The notes under the pieces were generated by a model. That model saw only the letters and a program-made list of their open reading frames with translations, was not told the origin of the DNA and made no database searches. A stretch of DNA of 64,000 bases from positions 132 through 64,131 of the forward strand of contig JAEYPE010000084.1 of the NCBI GenBank assembly GCA_023411035.1. The letters run 5' to 3'. Numbering within the stretch: position 1 is the first letter of the stretch; each line of letters starts with the position of its first letter. Positions 47,654 through 59,295 of the stretch are shown in pieces. The stretch is from Pseudomonadota bacterium. Its GTDB lineage: Bacteria > Pseudomonadota > Alphaproteobacteria > Azospirillales > Azospirillaceae. The translations under genes and the position numbers were made by a program.

Positions 47654-47950
47654 GTGGACGCAACCGACACTCCCGACCGCTACGTCTCCTTCAAGGGCAT
47701 CGACTGCGAGGGCAATTCCCGCCGCATCATCGAACGCCTGTACATGCACATCGACGACCCGGCCAAGACCAACGCCTTCTGGGAACGCTTCCGGGCGAAA
47801 CTGGCCGTCGCCGACGACCCGTTGAAGCGTCAGGCGGACGGGCTGTGCCTGCTCTGCGCCAACGTCTATTACATCTCCGACCTGTTCGAAGAGCATGACG
47901 ACGAGGAAGGGCTCGCCATGCTGCGGCAGCTTGAGGACGAGTGCTGCTGA
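47654..47950 (+). CDS. cowN: N2-fixation sustaining protein CowN (CO tolerance of nitrogenase)
   Basis: 98 aa. PDRYVSFKGIDCEGNSRRIIERLYMHIDDPAKTNAFWERF and the C-terminal EDECC match my recollection of the CowN family. GTG start. Confidence 0.6.
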   Translation: MDATDTPDRYVSFKGIDCEGNSRRIIERLYMHIDDPAKTNAFWERFRAKLAVADDPLKRQADGLCLLCANVYYISDLFEEHDDEEGLAMLRQLEDECC

Positions 47951-47972
47951 CGACCCGTGGCGGACTCATGGT

Positions 47973-48000
47973 TTGACAAGGCGCGCCGAATCCGTATAGT
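47973..48000 (+). promoter_or_regulatory. near-consensus sigma70 promoter for rpsD
   Basis: TTGACA-16 nt-TATAGT, giving a ~105-nt leader before the rpsD ATG. Confidence 0.6.
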
Positions 48001-48111
48001 GCGCGCCTTCACTCCTGGGAAAGCGGGCGTGCCTCTTGTTTGCGCCCCGTCCGCGGCCTGTTCCGCGGAACTACCGGGACAAAACCAACTCGTGTTCCAC
48101 CGAGGACCAAA

Positions 48112-48726
48112 ATGGCCAAGCGTCAACAGTCCAAGTATAAGATCGACCGCCGCCTCGGCGTAAACCTCTGGGGCCGTGGCAAGTCGCCGGTCAACAAGCG
48201 TGAGTACGGCCCGGGCCAGCACGGCCAGCGCCGCAAGAAGCCGTCCGACTACGGCCTGCAGCTGATGGCCAAGCAGAAGCTGAAGGGCTACTACGGCAAC
48301 ATCGGTGAGAAGCAGTTCCGCCGCATCTACGCCGAGGCCGTGCGCCGCAAGGGCGACACCGGCGAGAACCTGGTGGGTCTGCTGGAGCGCCGTCTGGACG
48401 CCGTCGTCTATCGTCTGAAGTTCGCGCCGACCCCGTTCGCCGCGCGCCAGATCATCAACCACGGTCACATCCTGGTCAACGGCCGCCGCCTGAACATTCC
48501 GTCGGCCCAGATCAAGGAAGGCGACACCATCGAGGTGCGCGCCAAGTCCAAGCAGATGGCCCTCATCCTGGAGGCCGCCGCCTCGGGTGAGCGCGACGTT
48601 CCGGACTATCTGGAAATCGACACGGGCGCCCTGAAGGGCCGCTTCATCCGCGTCCCGCTGCTGGCCGACATTCCGTATCCGGTCCAGATGGAACCGAACC
48701 TGGTCGTCGAGTTCTACTCGCGCTGA
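48112..48726 (+). CDS. rpsD: 30S ribosomal protein S4
   Basis: [22 protein letters not shown]...[12 protein letters not shown]...[10 protein letters not shown]. Confidence 0.95.
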   Translation: MAKRQQSKYKIDRRLGVNLWGRGKSPVNKREYGPGQHGQRRKKPSDYGLQLMAKQKLKGYYGNIGEKQFRRIYAEAVRRKGDTGENLVGLLERRLDAVVYRLKFAPTPFAARQIINHGHILVNGRRLNIPSAQIKEGDTIEVRAKSKQMALILEAAASGERDVPDYLEIDTGALKGRFIRVPLLADIPYPVQMEPNLVVEFYSR

Positions 48727-48765
48727 CCGTTCGGCCCAGCCGACACGCGACCAGTCGATAACGAG

Positions 48766-48796
48766 AAGGCCGCGCCTCCGGGCGCGGCCTTTTTCG
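48766..48796 (+). terminator. rho-independent terminator after rpsD
   Basis: AAGGCCGCGCC-tccg-GGCGCGGCCTT followed by TTTCGTTT. Confidence 0.8.
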
Positions 48797-48907
48797 TTTG
48801 GGGTCTTCCGGGGAGGCGGGTGGCAAGGCGGAAAGAAAAAAGCCGGAACCCTTGCGGGTCCCGGCCTCGGGGTGCGGGGGTGGGGGCGCCCCCGCGGGGG
48901 GAGGGGA

Positions 48908-50011
48908 TCAGGCGTCCACCGTTTCCAGCGCCGGATAGTCGGTGTAGCCACGGGCGTCGCCGCCATAGTAGGTGGCCGTGTCCGGCGTGTTCAGCGGCGC
49001 GCCGCGGCGGAAGCGCTCCGGCAGGTCCGGGTTGGCGATGAAGGGTTCGCCGAAGCTCACCGCGTCCGCCGCACCGGAGGCGATGGCCGCCTCGGCCTGC
49101 TCCTTGCTGTAGCCGCCGTTGATGATGAAGGGACCCTTGAAGATCCGGCGCAGCTCCGCCGCGACATGGGGGGCGCCCTCCGGCGGGGCCATGTGGTGGC
49201 CCGGCTGGCCTTCGATGACGTGCAGGAAGGCGAGGCCGAAGGGGTTCAGCGCCTCCGTGACGTGGGTGTAGAGGGCCAGCGGGTCGCTGTCCGCCATGTC
49301 GTTGAAGGTGCCGGTCGGCGACAGCCGCAGGCCGACGCGGCCGGCGCCCACCGCCGTCGTCACCGCGTCCATGATCTCCAGAAGGAAGCGCGCCCGGTTC
49401 TCCACGCCGCCGCCGTAGCGGTCGGTGCGCTTGTTGGTGCGGTCGCGCAGGAACTGGTCGATCAGATAGCCGTTCGCCCCGTGGATCTCCACGCCGTCCA
49501 GCCCGGCGTCGAACACCGCGCGCTTGGCGGCATCCGCGAAGGACTTGACCAGATCGGGAATCTCGTCGGTCTCAAGGGCGCGCGGGGTGGGGAAGGGCGT
49601 CAGGCCGCGGCTGGTGTAGGACTGGCCGGCGGCGGCGATGGCCGACGGGGCGACCGGCAGGGCGCCGCCCGGCTGGAACTCCGTGTGGGAAATGCGCCCG
49701 ACATGCCAGAGCTGCGCGGCGATCAGCCCGCCCTTGGCGTGGACCTCCTCCGCGATGTGGCGCCAAGCGAGCGTCTGGGCGTCGGTGTGGATGCCCGGCG
49801 TGCTGGGATAGCCCTGGGCGGTGGCGGAAACCTGCGTCGCCTCGGTGATGATGAGGCCGGCGGAAGCGCGCTGCCCGTAATATTCAGCCATCAGCGGGGT
49901 GGGGACGTTGCCCGCGCCCGCGCGGCTGCGGGTCATCGGCGCCATGATGACGCGGTTCGGCAGGTCCATGGAGCCAAGACGCAGCGGCGTGAACAGGTCG
50001 GCGGTGCTCAT
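48908..50011 (-). CDS. Old Yellow Enzyme-family NADH:flavin oxidoreductase (alkene/N-ethylmaleimide reductase-like)
   Basis: LFTPLRLGSMDLPNRVIMAPMTRSRA...GLIITEATQVS...HGANGYLIDQFL. The start is ATG 50011. Confidence 0.85.
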   Translation of the reverse strand: MSTADLFTPLRLGSMDLPNRVIMAPMTRSRAGAGNVPTPLMAEYYGQRASAGLIITEATQVSATAQGYPSTPGIHTDAQTLAWRHIAEEVHAKGGLIAAQLWHVGRISHTEFQPGGALPVAPSAIAAAGQSYTSRGLTPFPTPRALETDEIPDLVKSFADAAKRAVFDAGLDGVEIHGANGYLIDQFLRDRTNKRTDRYGGGVENRARFLLEIMDAVTTAVGAGRVGLRLSPTGTFNDMADSDPLALYTHVTEALNPFGLAFLHVIEGQPGHHMAPPEGAPHVAAELRRIFKGPFIINGGYSKEQAEAAIASGAADAVSFGEPFIANPDLPERFRRGAPLNTPDTATYYGGDARGYTDYPALETVDA

Positions 50012-50087
50012 GATGCGGTTGCCCTCTCGATCCAAGGTCGGGGTCCCATAATCGGGTTCCGGGGGGCCGCGGCCTGGGCGGTGCCCG

Positions 50088-50148
50088 GTATGTATGTGCG
50101 TACATACTTGCTGTGTTGCGCGGGCTTGTCAAGTATGCGCGTGCATAC
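50088..50148. promoter_or_regulatory. two palindromic candidate TetR operators in the OYE/TetR divergent region
   Basis: GTATGTA-N6-TACATAC (50088-50107) and GTATGC-GCGT-GCATAC (50133-50148) share the GTATG/CATAC half-site. Confidence 0.5.
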
Positions 50149-50202
50149 CTATTATCATTTCAGCCGCCATGCGGACCGGCGGCGCGTTCGAGGGCCTGAA
50201 TC

Positions 50203-50889
50203 GTGGATGACTCCATTCCCAAACCCGACACATCGGCACCTGACAAATCGGAGGCCGACGATGGCTGTTGCGCCGCCGGACAGGATGCGCCCGCCCGCCG
50301 GCGGGACCGCGAGGCGACCAAGGGCGCCTTGCTGGACGCGGCCAAGATGGTCTTCGCCGAACGTGGCTTCGACGCCGCGACCACGCGGGACATCGCGGGC
50401 CGCGCGGGTGTAAACGAGCAGTTGATCCAGCGCTATTTCTCGGGCAAGGCCGGTCTGCTGCTCGCCGTGGTGGAGCGCTACGGGCGCGAGGAGGGAAGCG
50501 GCTGCGCCATGCCGCCGCCCGGCGACGATCTGGAGGAGGATCTGGCGGCCTTCCTGCTGCACCAGCTCCGCCACGCCTGGAAGTGCCGCGACTTCACGCG
50601 GGTGATGCTCGCCCGCGCGCTGGTCGATCCGGACATCGCGAACGAGATGGCGCGCACCCTGTCGGAAAGCCGCATTCCCTGCCTGCTCAGCCGGCTGGAG
50701 AGCTTCCGGGCGCGCGGGGCGATCGCGGCGGACAGCGACCTCCCCAACGTCGCGGCGGGCATCGCCACGCTCAGCTTCGGGCTGGGTTTCCTGGATCAGG
50801 TGGTGTTCGGGCGCTGTCCGAACCGGGTCAACGAGGTGGTGCGGACGCTGGCCCACACCATGGCCCACGGCCTCGCGCCGCGGGCCTGA
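50203..50889 (+). CDS. TetR-family transcriptional regulator
   Basis: HTH region ATKGALLDAAKMVFAERGFDAATTRDIAGRAGVNEQLIQRYFSGK. GTG start. Confidence 0.85.
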   Translation: MDDSIPKPDTSAPDKSEADDGCCAAGQDAPARRRDREATKGALLDAAKMVFAERGFDAATTRDIAGRAGVNEQLIQRYFSGKAGLLLAVVERYGREEGSGCAMPPPGDDLEEDLAAFLLHQLRHAWKCRDFTRVMLARALVDPDIANEMARTLSESRIPCLLSRLESFRARGAIAADSDLPNVAAGIATLSFGLGFLDQVVFGRCPNRVNEVVRTLAHTMAHGLAPRA

Positions 50890-50895
50890 GCTGTT

Positions 50896-51870
50896 TCATT
50901 CCGCCCGGCAGGCGGCGGCGCGGGCCTGTTCCGCGCGGGCTTCGGCGCGCGCCGCGCGGTGGGTGAACAGCGCGTCCGCCGAATAGATCGCCAGCGCCAC
51001 CCAGATGCAGCCGAAGGCGATGAGGTGGGAGGAGGTGAAGGCTTCCCCATAGACCGCCACGCCCAGCAGAAGCTGCCCGGTCGGGCCGATGTATTGCAGG
51101 ATGCCGATGGTGGACAGCTTCAGCCGGGCGGCGCCGATCATGAACAGAACCAGCGGGATGGCGGTGATCGGCCCGGTCAGGACGATCAGCAGGTCGGTGC
51201 CCAGCCCATGCGCGCCGAAGTTTCCCAGCCCCTGGGCGTTCAGCCACAGCAGATAGGCGATGGCCGGCGGAACCAGAAGCGCGGTTTCCACCAGCAGCCC
51301 GATCAGCGGGTCGATGGCCGCCTTCTTGCGCACCAGCGCGTAGACGCCGAAGGTCAGCGCCAGTGACAGCGCCACCCAGGGCACCGACCCGTAGGACAGG
51401 ACGAGGCTCAGCACGCCTGCCGCCGCGATCAGCACCGCGACGCCCTGCCGCCGCGACAGCCGTTCCTGAAGGAAGGCCATGCCCAGCAACACGTTGATCA
51501 TCGGGTTGATGTAGTAGCCGAGGCTCGTTTCGACGAGCCGGCCATCGCCGACGGCCCAGATGAAGATGGTCCAGTTGCTGCCGATCAGCGCCGTCGTCAC
51601 AGCGAAGATGCCGAGCCGCCGCCAGCTTCCCACGCCCCGCACGATGCCCGACAGACCGCGCGTCGGCACCAGCCACAGCCCGACCAGAACCACCGTCCAC
51701 AGCACCCGGTGGGCGACGATCTCCACCGCCCCGACGTTGGTGAGCTGTTTGAAGAAGACCGGCGCCACCAGCCCCCAGATCAGGAAGGCGGCCAGAGCGG
51801 CGGCGAAGCCCAGGGTGGCGGGGTTGCGCCCGTCGGCCTGCGGCAGGGTGGGGATGGGGGATTGGGCCAT
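50896..51870 (-). CDS. rarD: EamA/DMT-family transporter, RarD-like
   Basis: 10-TM protein. The N-terminus LGFAAALAAFLIWGLVAPVFFKQL...VAHRVLW is RarD-like. Confidence 0.7.
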   Translation of the reverse strand: MAQSPIPTLPQADGRNPATLGFAAALAAFLIWGLVAPVFFKQLTNVGAVEIVAHRVLWTVVLVGLWLVPTRGLSGIVRGVGSWRRLGIFAVTTALIGSNWTIFIWAVGDGRLVETSLGYYINPMINVLLGMAFLQERLSRRQGVAVLIAAAGVLSLVLSYGSVPWVALSLALTFGVYALVRKKAAIDPLIGLLVETALLVPPAIAYLLWLNAQGLGNFGAHGLGTDLLIVLTGPITAIPLVLFMIGAARLKLSTIGILQYIGPTGQLLLGVAVYGEAFTSSHLIAFGCIWVALAIYSADALFTHRAARAEARAEQARAAACRAE

Positions 51871-51970
51871 GATCCCCCTTTATCATGCCCAAGATTCGGG
51901 CGATACGGACGGCCCCTCATGCCCGCACTGCGCGCCGGGAATGCCGTGTATCGCGCGCAGGTTTCGCCGT

Positions 51971-52399
51971 TCAACCCCCTCCGCCGCCAGCGGTGCCGCT
52001 TCCGCTGCCGGAGGGGGAGGTGCCGCGGGGCATCGGACCGGACGAACCGGAGGTGCCCCGGCCCGGCGGGACGTTCGTGCCGACGCCCTCGCCGCGAACC
52101 AGATCGCGCGCCTCGCGCAGCCTGGCCACACAGCCGTCCGGGTCGCCCTTGCCGGCGGCGGACCGGGCGTCGCCCAGCAGGCCGCGCAGACGGTCCTTCT
52201 GCTCCCCGGTCAGGCTGGTTTTGTTGCGCCCGCCGGCCATCGCCCTGTCGCCCAGAAACAGATCGGAGAAGCGGGTCACCTCGTCGCGGCAGGCGGTCAG
52301 CCGCTCCTGCTTCGGGGCTATGCCGTCCTGGCTCTGCGCCTGAGCGGGGAGGGTCATCAGCGCCAGCAGCGCCGCCGCTGGAATCACGCGCCTGTTCAT
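51971..52399 (-). CDS. hypothetical secreted protein with G/S/P-rich tail
   Basis: The start is ATG 52399. The signal peptide is MNRRVIPAAALLALMTLPAQAQ. It has two Cys and a low-complexity C-terminus. Confidence 0.5.
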   Translation of the reverse strand: MNRRVIPAAALLALMTLPAQAQSQDGIAPKQERLTACRDEVTRFSDLFLGDRAMAGGRNKTSLTGEQKDRLRGLLGDARSAAGKGDPDGCVARLREARDLVRGEGVGTNVPPGRGTSGSSGPMPRGTSPSGSGSGTAGGGGG

Positions 52400-52480
52400 G
52401 ACCGGGCCTCCTTGTCCGTGCCGACACCTCCGCGAATTCGTCGGTAAGGAAAACAGGGGCTGCGCGGCGACGGTTCCGCC

Positions 52481-52512
52481 AAAGGAAAAGGGCCCCGCCA
52501 TGGCGGAGCCCT
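52481..52512 (-). terminator. rho-independent terminator after grxD
   Basis: On the minus strand: AAGGGCTCCGCCA/TGGCGGGGCCCTT followed by TTCCTTTGG. Confidence 0.65.
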
Positions 52513-52546
52513 TCTTCTCATGACGTCAGCCGGAATGGGCGGTCGG

Positions 52547-52888
52547 TCAGGCGTTGGCGCCCGTCGCGATGCCCTTGTCGGCCAGCAGGGTCTGCAACTC
52601 GCCCGACTCGTACATCTCGCGCACGATGTCGCAGCCGCCGACCAGTTCGCCCTTCACGTAGAGCTGCGGGAAGGTCGGCCAGTTCGAGTATTCCTTCAGA
52701 CCCTGGCGCAGGCCCGGGTCCTCCAGGATGTTCACGCCCTTGAACTTCACGCCGACGGTGCTCAGCACCTGGACGACGGCGGCGGAGAAGCCGCACTGCG
52801 GGAAGACGGGCGTGCCCTTCATGTACAGCACGACATCGGTGCCCTTGATGTCCTGCTCGATCCGTTCCTTGACGTTCTGGTCAACCAT
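52547..52888 (-). CDS. grxD: monothiol glutaredoxin (Grx4 family, CGFS)
   Basis: VVLYMKGTPVFPQCGFSAAVVQVL...WPTFPQLYVKGELVGGCDI. Confidence 0.93.
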   Translation of the reverse strand: MVDQNVKERIEQDIKGTDVVLYMKGTPVFPQCGFSAAVVQVLSTVGVKFKGVNILEDPGLRQGLKEYSNWPTFPQLYVKGELVGGCDIVREMYESGELQTLLADKGIATGANA

Positions 52889-52976
52889 GTCTCTCAGCCT
52901 TTTCGATGGCGCCCTGGCTTTTGAAGCCCTGGCTTGAATGTGGTGCGGACCCGTGCGCCCCGCGGGCTTGCAGCCG

Positions 52977-53225
52977 TCACGCGCCTTCCGGAACGGCGGT
53001 GGTCAGGGCCAGCGCATGCAGCTCCCCGCCCATCTTGCCCTGGAGGGCGGCATAGACCATCTGGTGCTGCTGCACGCGCGACTTGCCCTTGAAGGCGGCG
53101 GAGGTGACCAGCGCGGCATAGTGGTCGCCGTCGCCGCGCAGGTCGGCGATCTCCACCGCCGCGTCCGGGATGCCTTCCTTGATGAGCTTCTCGATCACCG
53201 CGGCTTCCATCGCCATGGCCGTCAT
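52977..53225 (-). CDS. bolA: BolA-family protein
   Basis: DLRGDGDHYAALVTSAAFKGKSRVQQHQMVYAAL...LHALALTT, in bolA-grxD synteny. The start is uncertain among ATGs 53225, 53216 and 53210. Confidence 0.8.
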   Translation of the reverse strand: MTAMAMEAAVIEKLIKEGIPDAAVEIADLRGDGDHYAALVTSAAFKGKSRVQQHQMVYAALQGKMGGELHALALTTAVPEGA

Positions 53226-53350
53226 CCTGTTCCGTCTAACCCTGCCCATGCGGGCACTGCCCGTATAATTAGGCTGAGCGGCAGGGTTTGTCACCGGTGA
53301 AGCGACGACATTCCGCCGTGCGAAGGGTTGGGGGGCATCGGGGGCACTCC

Positions 53351-53388
53351 AAACAAAAAGGCCGGGCGGCGCTTCCGCCGCCCGGCCT
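53351..53388 (-). terminator. rho-independent terminator after purL
   Basis: AGGCCGGGCGGCG-loop-CGCCGCCCGGCCT with TTTTTGTTT on the minus strand. Confidence 0.75.
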
Positions 53389-53411
53389 TTCGCCGTCTCA
53401 ACCGCGTCCGA

Positions 53412-55624
<2,213 letters not shown>

Positions 55625-55628
<4 letters not shown>

Positions 55629-56314
55629 GACAGGGCCTCCACCAGACCGTCGAACATGGGCTTGCCGTCGGTGTTGCCATGGAAGGCGGACACCGCGTCC
55701 TCGGGGTGCGGCATCAGGCCGAGCACGGTGCGCTTGGCGTTGAAGATGCCGGCGATGCCGTCCAGCGAACCGTTCGGATTCCAGAGCGGGTCGTCGCGGC
55801 CTTCGTCGCTGACGTAGCGGAAGGCCACCTGCCCCTCGCCGTCCAGACGCTTCACCGTCTCCGCGTCGGTCCAGTAGTTGCCGTCGCCGTGCGCCACGGG
55901 ATAGCGGACGATCTGGCCCTTGCGGTACTTGGCGGTGAAGGGGCTGTCCGTGTTCTCCACCCGCAGATGCACGGTGCGGCAGATGAACTTCAGCTTGGCG
56001 TTGCGCATCAGCGCGCCGGGCAGCAGCCCCGCCTCGGTGATGATCTGGAAGCCGTTGCAGATGCCGAGCACCCGAACGCCCTGATCGGCCCGCGCCTTCA
56101 CCTCGCGCATGATCGGCGAGTGCGCCGCCATGGCGCCGGAGCGCAGGTAGTCGCCATAGGAGAAGCCGCCCGGCACGAGGATGAGATCGACCTTGGGCAG
56201 TTCGGTGTCGCGGTGCCAGACCAGATGCGGCTTGGTTCCGCTGGCGGCCTCCAGCGCGGCGACGGCGTCGCGTTCGCGGTTGGAGCCGGGGAAAACGATG
56301 ACGGCGGCCTTCAT
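55625..56314 (-). CDS. purQ: phosphoribosylformylglycinamidine synthase glutaminase subunit PurQ
   Basis: [16 protein letters not shown]...[10 protein letters not shown]...ICNGFQ. An ATGA overlap couples it to purL. The start is ATG 56314. Confidence 0.92.
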
Positions 56315-56413
56315 GGGGCTTGGAAAATCCGGCGTCGTGGGGGGAACGGTTCGAGGCCGGACACTAAAGGCCCCGCCCCGCCAAAGCAAGGGCGAGGACC
56401 TCGACTTTACCCC

Positions 56414-57310
56414 TTATCGGCCCTGCGTTGACGCTGCGGCGGCCTGTTCGCGCAGCCAATCGGGGAAAGCGGGCGCCTCGGTGTGGCCGCGCTGGCGGCT
56501 TTCCAGCAGATAATAGTGGCCGGACACCACCCCTTCGGCCCCCAGCGGGGCGGTCAGCCGCCCGGTGTCCAGGGGGCGCTCCACGAACAGCCGCGGCACG
56601 ATGGCGACTCCCAGCCCGTCCTCCGCCGCCTGGATGGCGAAATAGGTGTGGTCCACCTCCATCCGGCTGCGGAAGGCGCCCAGTTCCAGTCCGTGGGCGG
56701 TGCTCCAGGCCGGCAGCAGGTCGGCGCGGGCGCGGATGGTGATGACCGTCTGGCGGGTCAGGTCGGCGGGGCTGCGCAGAGTTTCCAGCCCCGGCAGGGA
56801 CGGGCTGCACACCGGCACGCAGCGCTCCCGCATCAGGGGGAGCGGCCTCAGCCCGGCGAAATGGGCGGGGTCGCGGCGGATGGCGTAGTCGAAGGGCCGG
56901 CTGGTGTCGATCGGGCCGGGTGTGGTGGACAGCGACACCTCCAGATCGGGAAAGCGCCGCTGGAACAGGGGCAGGCGGGGCAGCAGCCAATGCATGGCGA
57001 AGGTCGGGATGCAGTCCACCCGCAACGTCCGCCGCCCGCCGCCGTCCAGAAGGGTGTCGGTCGCCTGCTGGATCTCGGTGAACAGGTCGGCGATGCGGGT
57101 GAAGTAGCGGGCGCCGGCCTCGGTCAGCCGCACCTGCCGCTGGCTGCGGTCGAACAGGGGGATGCCGAGGAAGAGTTCCAGGCTGCGGATCTGGCGGCTG
57201 ACCGCGCCGGGGGTGACGTTCAGCTCCTCCGCGGCGAGGCGGAAGCTGGAATGGCGGGCGGCGGCGACGAAGGCGCGCAGGGCGTTCAGCGGCGGAAAGC
57301 GGGACGGCAT
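56414..57310 (-). CDS. LysR-family transcriptional regulator (GcvA-like)
   Basis: LNALRAFVAAARHSSFRLAAEELNVTPGAVSRQIRSLE. The start is ATG 57310. Confidence 0.85.
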   Translation of the reverse strand: MPSRFPPLNALRAFVAAARHSSFRLAAEELNVTPGAVSRQIRSLELFLGIPLFDRSQRQVRLTEAGARYFTRIADLFTEIQQATDTLLDGGGRRTLRVDCIPTFAMHWLLPRLPLFQRRFPDLEVSLSTTPGPIDTSRPFDYAIRRDPAHFAGLRPLPLMRERCVPVCSPSLPGLETLRSPADLTRQTVITIRARADLLPAWSTAHGLELGAFRSRMEVDHTYFAIQAAEDGLGVAIVPRLFVERPLDTGRLTAPLGAEGVVSGHYYLLESRQRGHTEAPAFPDWLREQAAAASTQGR

Positions 57311-57331
57311 CCGTTGAGTTTTTCTCAACGG
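57311..57331. promoter_or_regulatory. palindrome CCGTTGAG-TTTTT-CTCAACGG abutting the LysR start (candidate LysR box)
   Basis: Perfect 8-bp arms in the LysR/MFS divergent region. The function is inferred only. Confidence 0.35.
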
Positions 57332-57413
57332 TCGGCGGAAGACAAGTCGTTTGTCGCTTTCCTACCGGCTGGCTAGGGTGCCTCCCGCTTTTCCATCCGT
57401 CCCCTGGATCTTC

Positions 57414-58589
57414 ATGTCGCACATCACCCCACGGCTGGTCTGGCTTCTTGGCGTCTCGCAGCTTTTGTGCTGGGGGATTTCCTATTACCTGATCGCGATC
57501 TTCGGGAATCCCATGGCCGCCGATCTGGGGATGAGCCTGCCGGTGGCCTTCGGCGGCTTCACGGCGGCGTTGCTGGTGATGGGGATGGTGTCGGGCAGCG
57601 TCGGGCGGGCCATCGACCGTTGGGGCGGGCGCCCGGTGATGGTCGCGGGCTCGCTGCTGACGGCGGTCGGGTGCCTGGGGCTGGCGTCCTCCACGGGGCT
57701 GGTCAGCTATTACGCCTCCTGGCTGGTGCTGGGCCTTGCCATGCGGGCGAGCCTGTACGAGGCGGCCTTCGCCGCGCTGGCCCGGCTGGGCGGCCCGCAG
57801 GCGCGGCGGCCCATCGCGCAGATCACGCTGCTCGGCGGGCTGGCCTCCACGGTGCTGTGGCCGGTGGGGCAGGCCATGGCCGACGCCTGGGGCTGGCGCG
57901 GCGCGCTGGTCGCCTATGCCGTGATCGCCCTCCTGACCATCCCCCTGCACGCCGCCATTCCCTCCGACCGCTATGTGCGGGAGCCGGGACCCGCGGGCGC
58001 CACGCCGTCCGGAACGGCGGACCCGCAACGGCGGAGCTGGGTCGCGCCGGTGTTCTACATGGTGATGACCACGGTGGTGGGAGTGCTGACCTCGGCCATG
58101 TCGGCGCACATGATCGGCATTCTGGTCGGGCTGGGGGCGGCGCCCGCGGCGGCGGTGTGGATTTCCACGATCCGTGGTCTCGGCCAGTCCTCGGCCCGGC
58201 TGTGCGAGGTGCTGTTCGGCGCCCGGCTGCACCCTGCCTCCCTGGCTCTTCTCTCCTGCGGCCTGCTGCTGCCCGGTTTCCTGGTCGGGCTGTGGAGCGG
58301 GGAGGCGGTGGCCGCCGGAGTCGCCTTTTCCCTGCTGTTCGGGGCGGGCGCCGGGCTGGGAACCATCGTGCGCGGCACGCTGCCGCTGGTGCTGTTCGAT
58401 CCGCTGAGCTATGGCCGGACGGTCGGGCGGCTGCTGATGCCCAGCTTCTACGCCGCCGCCCTGGCGCCCATGGGCTATGCGGTCATCATCGAACGGGCGG
58501 GGGAGTCGGCGGCCCTTCTGATTTCCGGGGTCCTGGCGCTGGTCGCGGTGGCGGCGGCGGGCGTGCTGTGGGCGTCCTGCCGCCGCTGA
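57414..58589 (+). CDS. MFS transporter
   Basis: 12-TM-like hydrophobic profile. GRAIDRWGGRP is the MFS loop 2-3 motif. The start is ATG 57414. Confidence 0.8.
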   Translation: MSHITPRLVWLLGVSQLLCWGISYYLIAIFGNPMAADLGMSLPVAFGGFTAALLVMGMVSGSVGRAIDRWGGRPVMVAGSLLTAVGCLGLASSTGLVSYYASWLVLGLAMRASLYEAAFAALARLGGPQARRPIAQITLLGGLASTVLWPVGQAMADAWGWRGALVAYAVIALLTIPLHAAIPSDRYVREPGPAGATPSGTADPQRRSWVAPVFYMVMTTVVGVLTSAMSAHMIGILVGLGAAPAAAVWISTIRGLGQSSARLCEVLFGARLHPASLALLSCGLLLPGFLVGLWSGEAVAAGVAFSLLFGAGAGLGTIVRGTLPLVLFDPLSYGRTVGRLLMPSFYAAALAPMGYAVIIERAGESAALLISGVLALVAVAAAGVLWASCRR

Positions 58590-58605
58590 GCGGCCAGCCA
58601 CCCCC

Positions 58606-59295
58606 TCAGTCGCCGCCGCTCAACCGCTTGGACCAGTCTTCGACACCCTGCGCCAGCCGGCGTTCGGCGAGCGTGCGCCAGGCCTGGGCCAGCACCGGCA
58701 GGGCGGCCATCTCCGCCAGCGCCTCGCGGTTCAGGGTGTCCACATAGAGAACGTGCAGCAGCCGGGTGAGCGGCCACTGCGGATAGGGGCGCTCCACCAG
58801 GGTCAGCCGGTCGCCGGGGCCGATCTCGCCCGGTTCCGGCACGCGATAGTACCAGCCGGTGCGCCCGGTGGTCTGCACCCGCTTCGCCATGTCGGGTACG
58901 CCGAAGCGGTGGTTCAGCTTCCAGCAGGGTTGGCGGCCCTGGGCGACCTCCAGCAGGGCGGTGCCGGCGCGGAAGCGGTCGCCGACGCAGACGTCGGCCT
59001 CGGTCAGGCCCAGCGTGGCGATGTTCTCTCCGAAGGCGCCGGGCTGGCCGAGAAGGGGCGCGTCGCCGCCCAGTTCCTCCCGCCACGCGGCGTGGTGGTC
59101 CAGAGGGTAGTGGTGGACGGCCTTGTCCGGCCCGCCGTGGACGCGGCGGTCGGCCTGCTCGTCTTCCAGGAAGCCTTCGGGGCCGACCGGACGGGGGCCG
59201 TCCACCGGGGACTTGGCGATGGCGCTGGTCCGTCCCGGCGGGCCGAAGGGAGCGGCTTTTCCGACGAGGACGGCGCTGATCGTGGTCTCTATCAC
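58606..59295 (-). CDS. MOSC-domain protein (YiiM-like)
   Basis: GENIATLGL...GRQPCWKLN...TGWYYRV. The start is GTG 59295, overlapping the upstream stop (GTGA). The tracked 388-aa ORF is over-extended. Confidence 0.75.
   Translation of the reverse strand: MIETTISAVLVGKAAPFGPPGRTSAIAKSPVDGPRPVGPEGFLEDEQADRRVHGGPDKAVHHYPLDHHAAWREELGGDAPLLGQPGAFGENIATLGLTEADVCVGDRFRAGTALLEVAQGRQPCWKLNHRFGVPDMAKRVQTTGRTGWYYRVPEPGEIGPGDRLTLVERPYPQWPLTRLLHVLYVDTLNREALAEMAALPVLAQAWRTLAERRLAQGVEDWSKRLSGGD

Noticed and set aside
47869-48966. 365-aa minus-strand ORF
   Set aside because: It is antisense to rpsD and crosses its promoter and terminator.
56364-58601. 745-aa minus-strand ORF
   Set aside because: It is out of frame or antisense across the LysR and MFS genes, with an extreme R/P/G/H composition.
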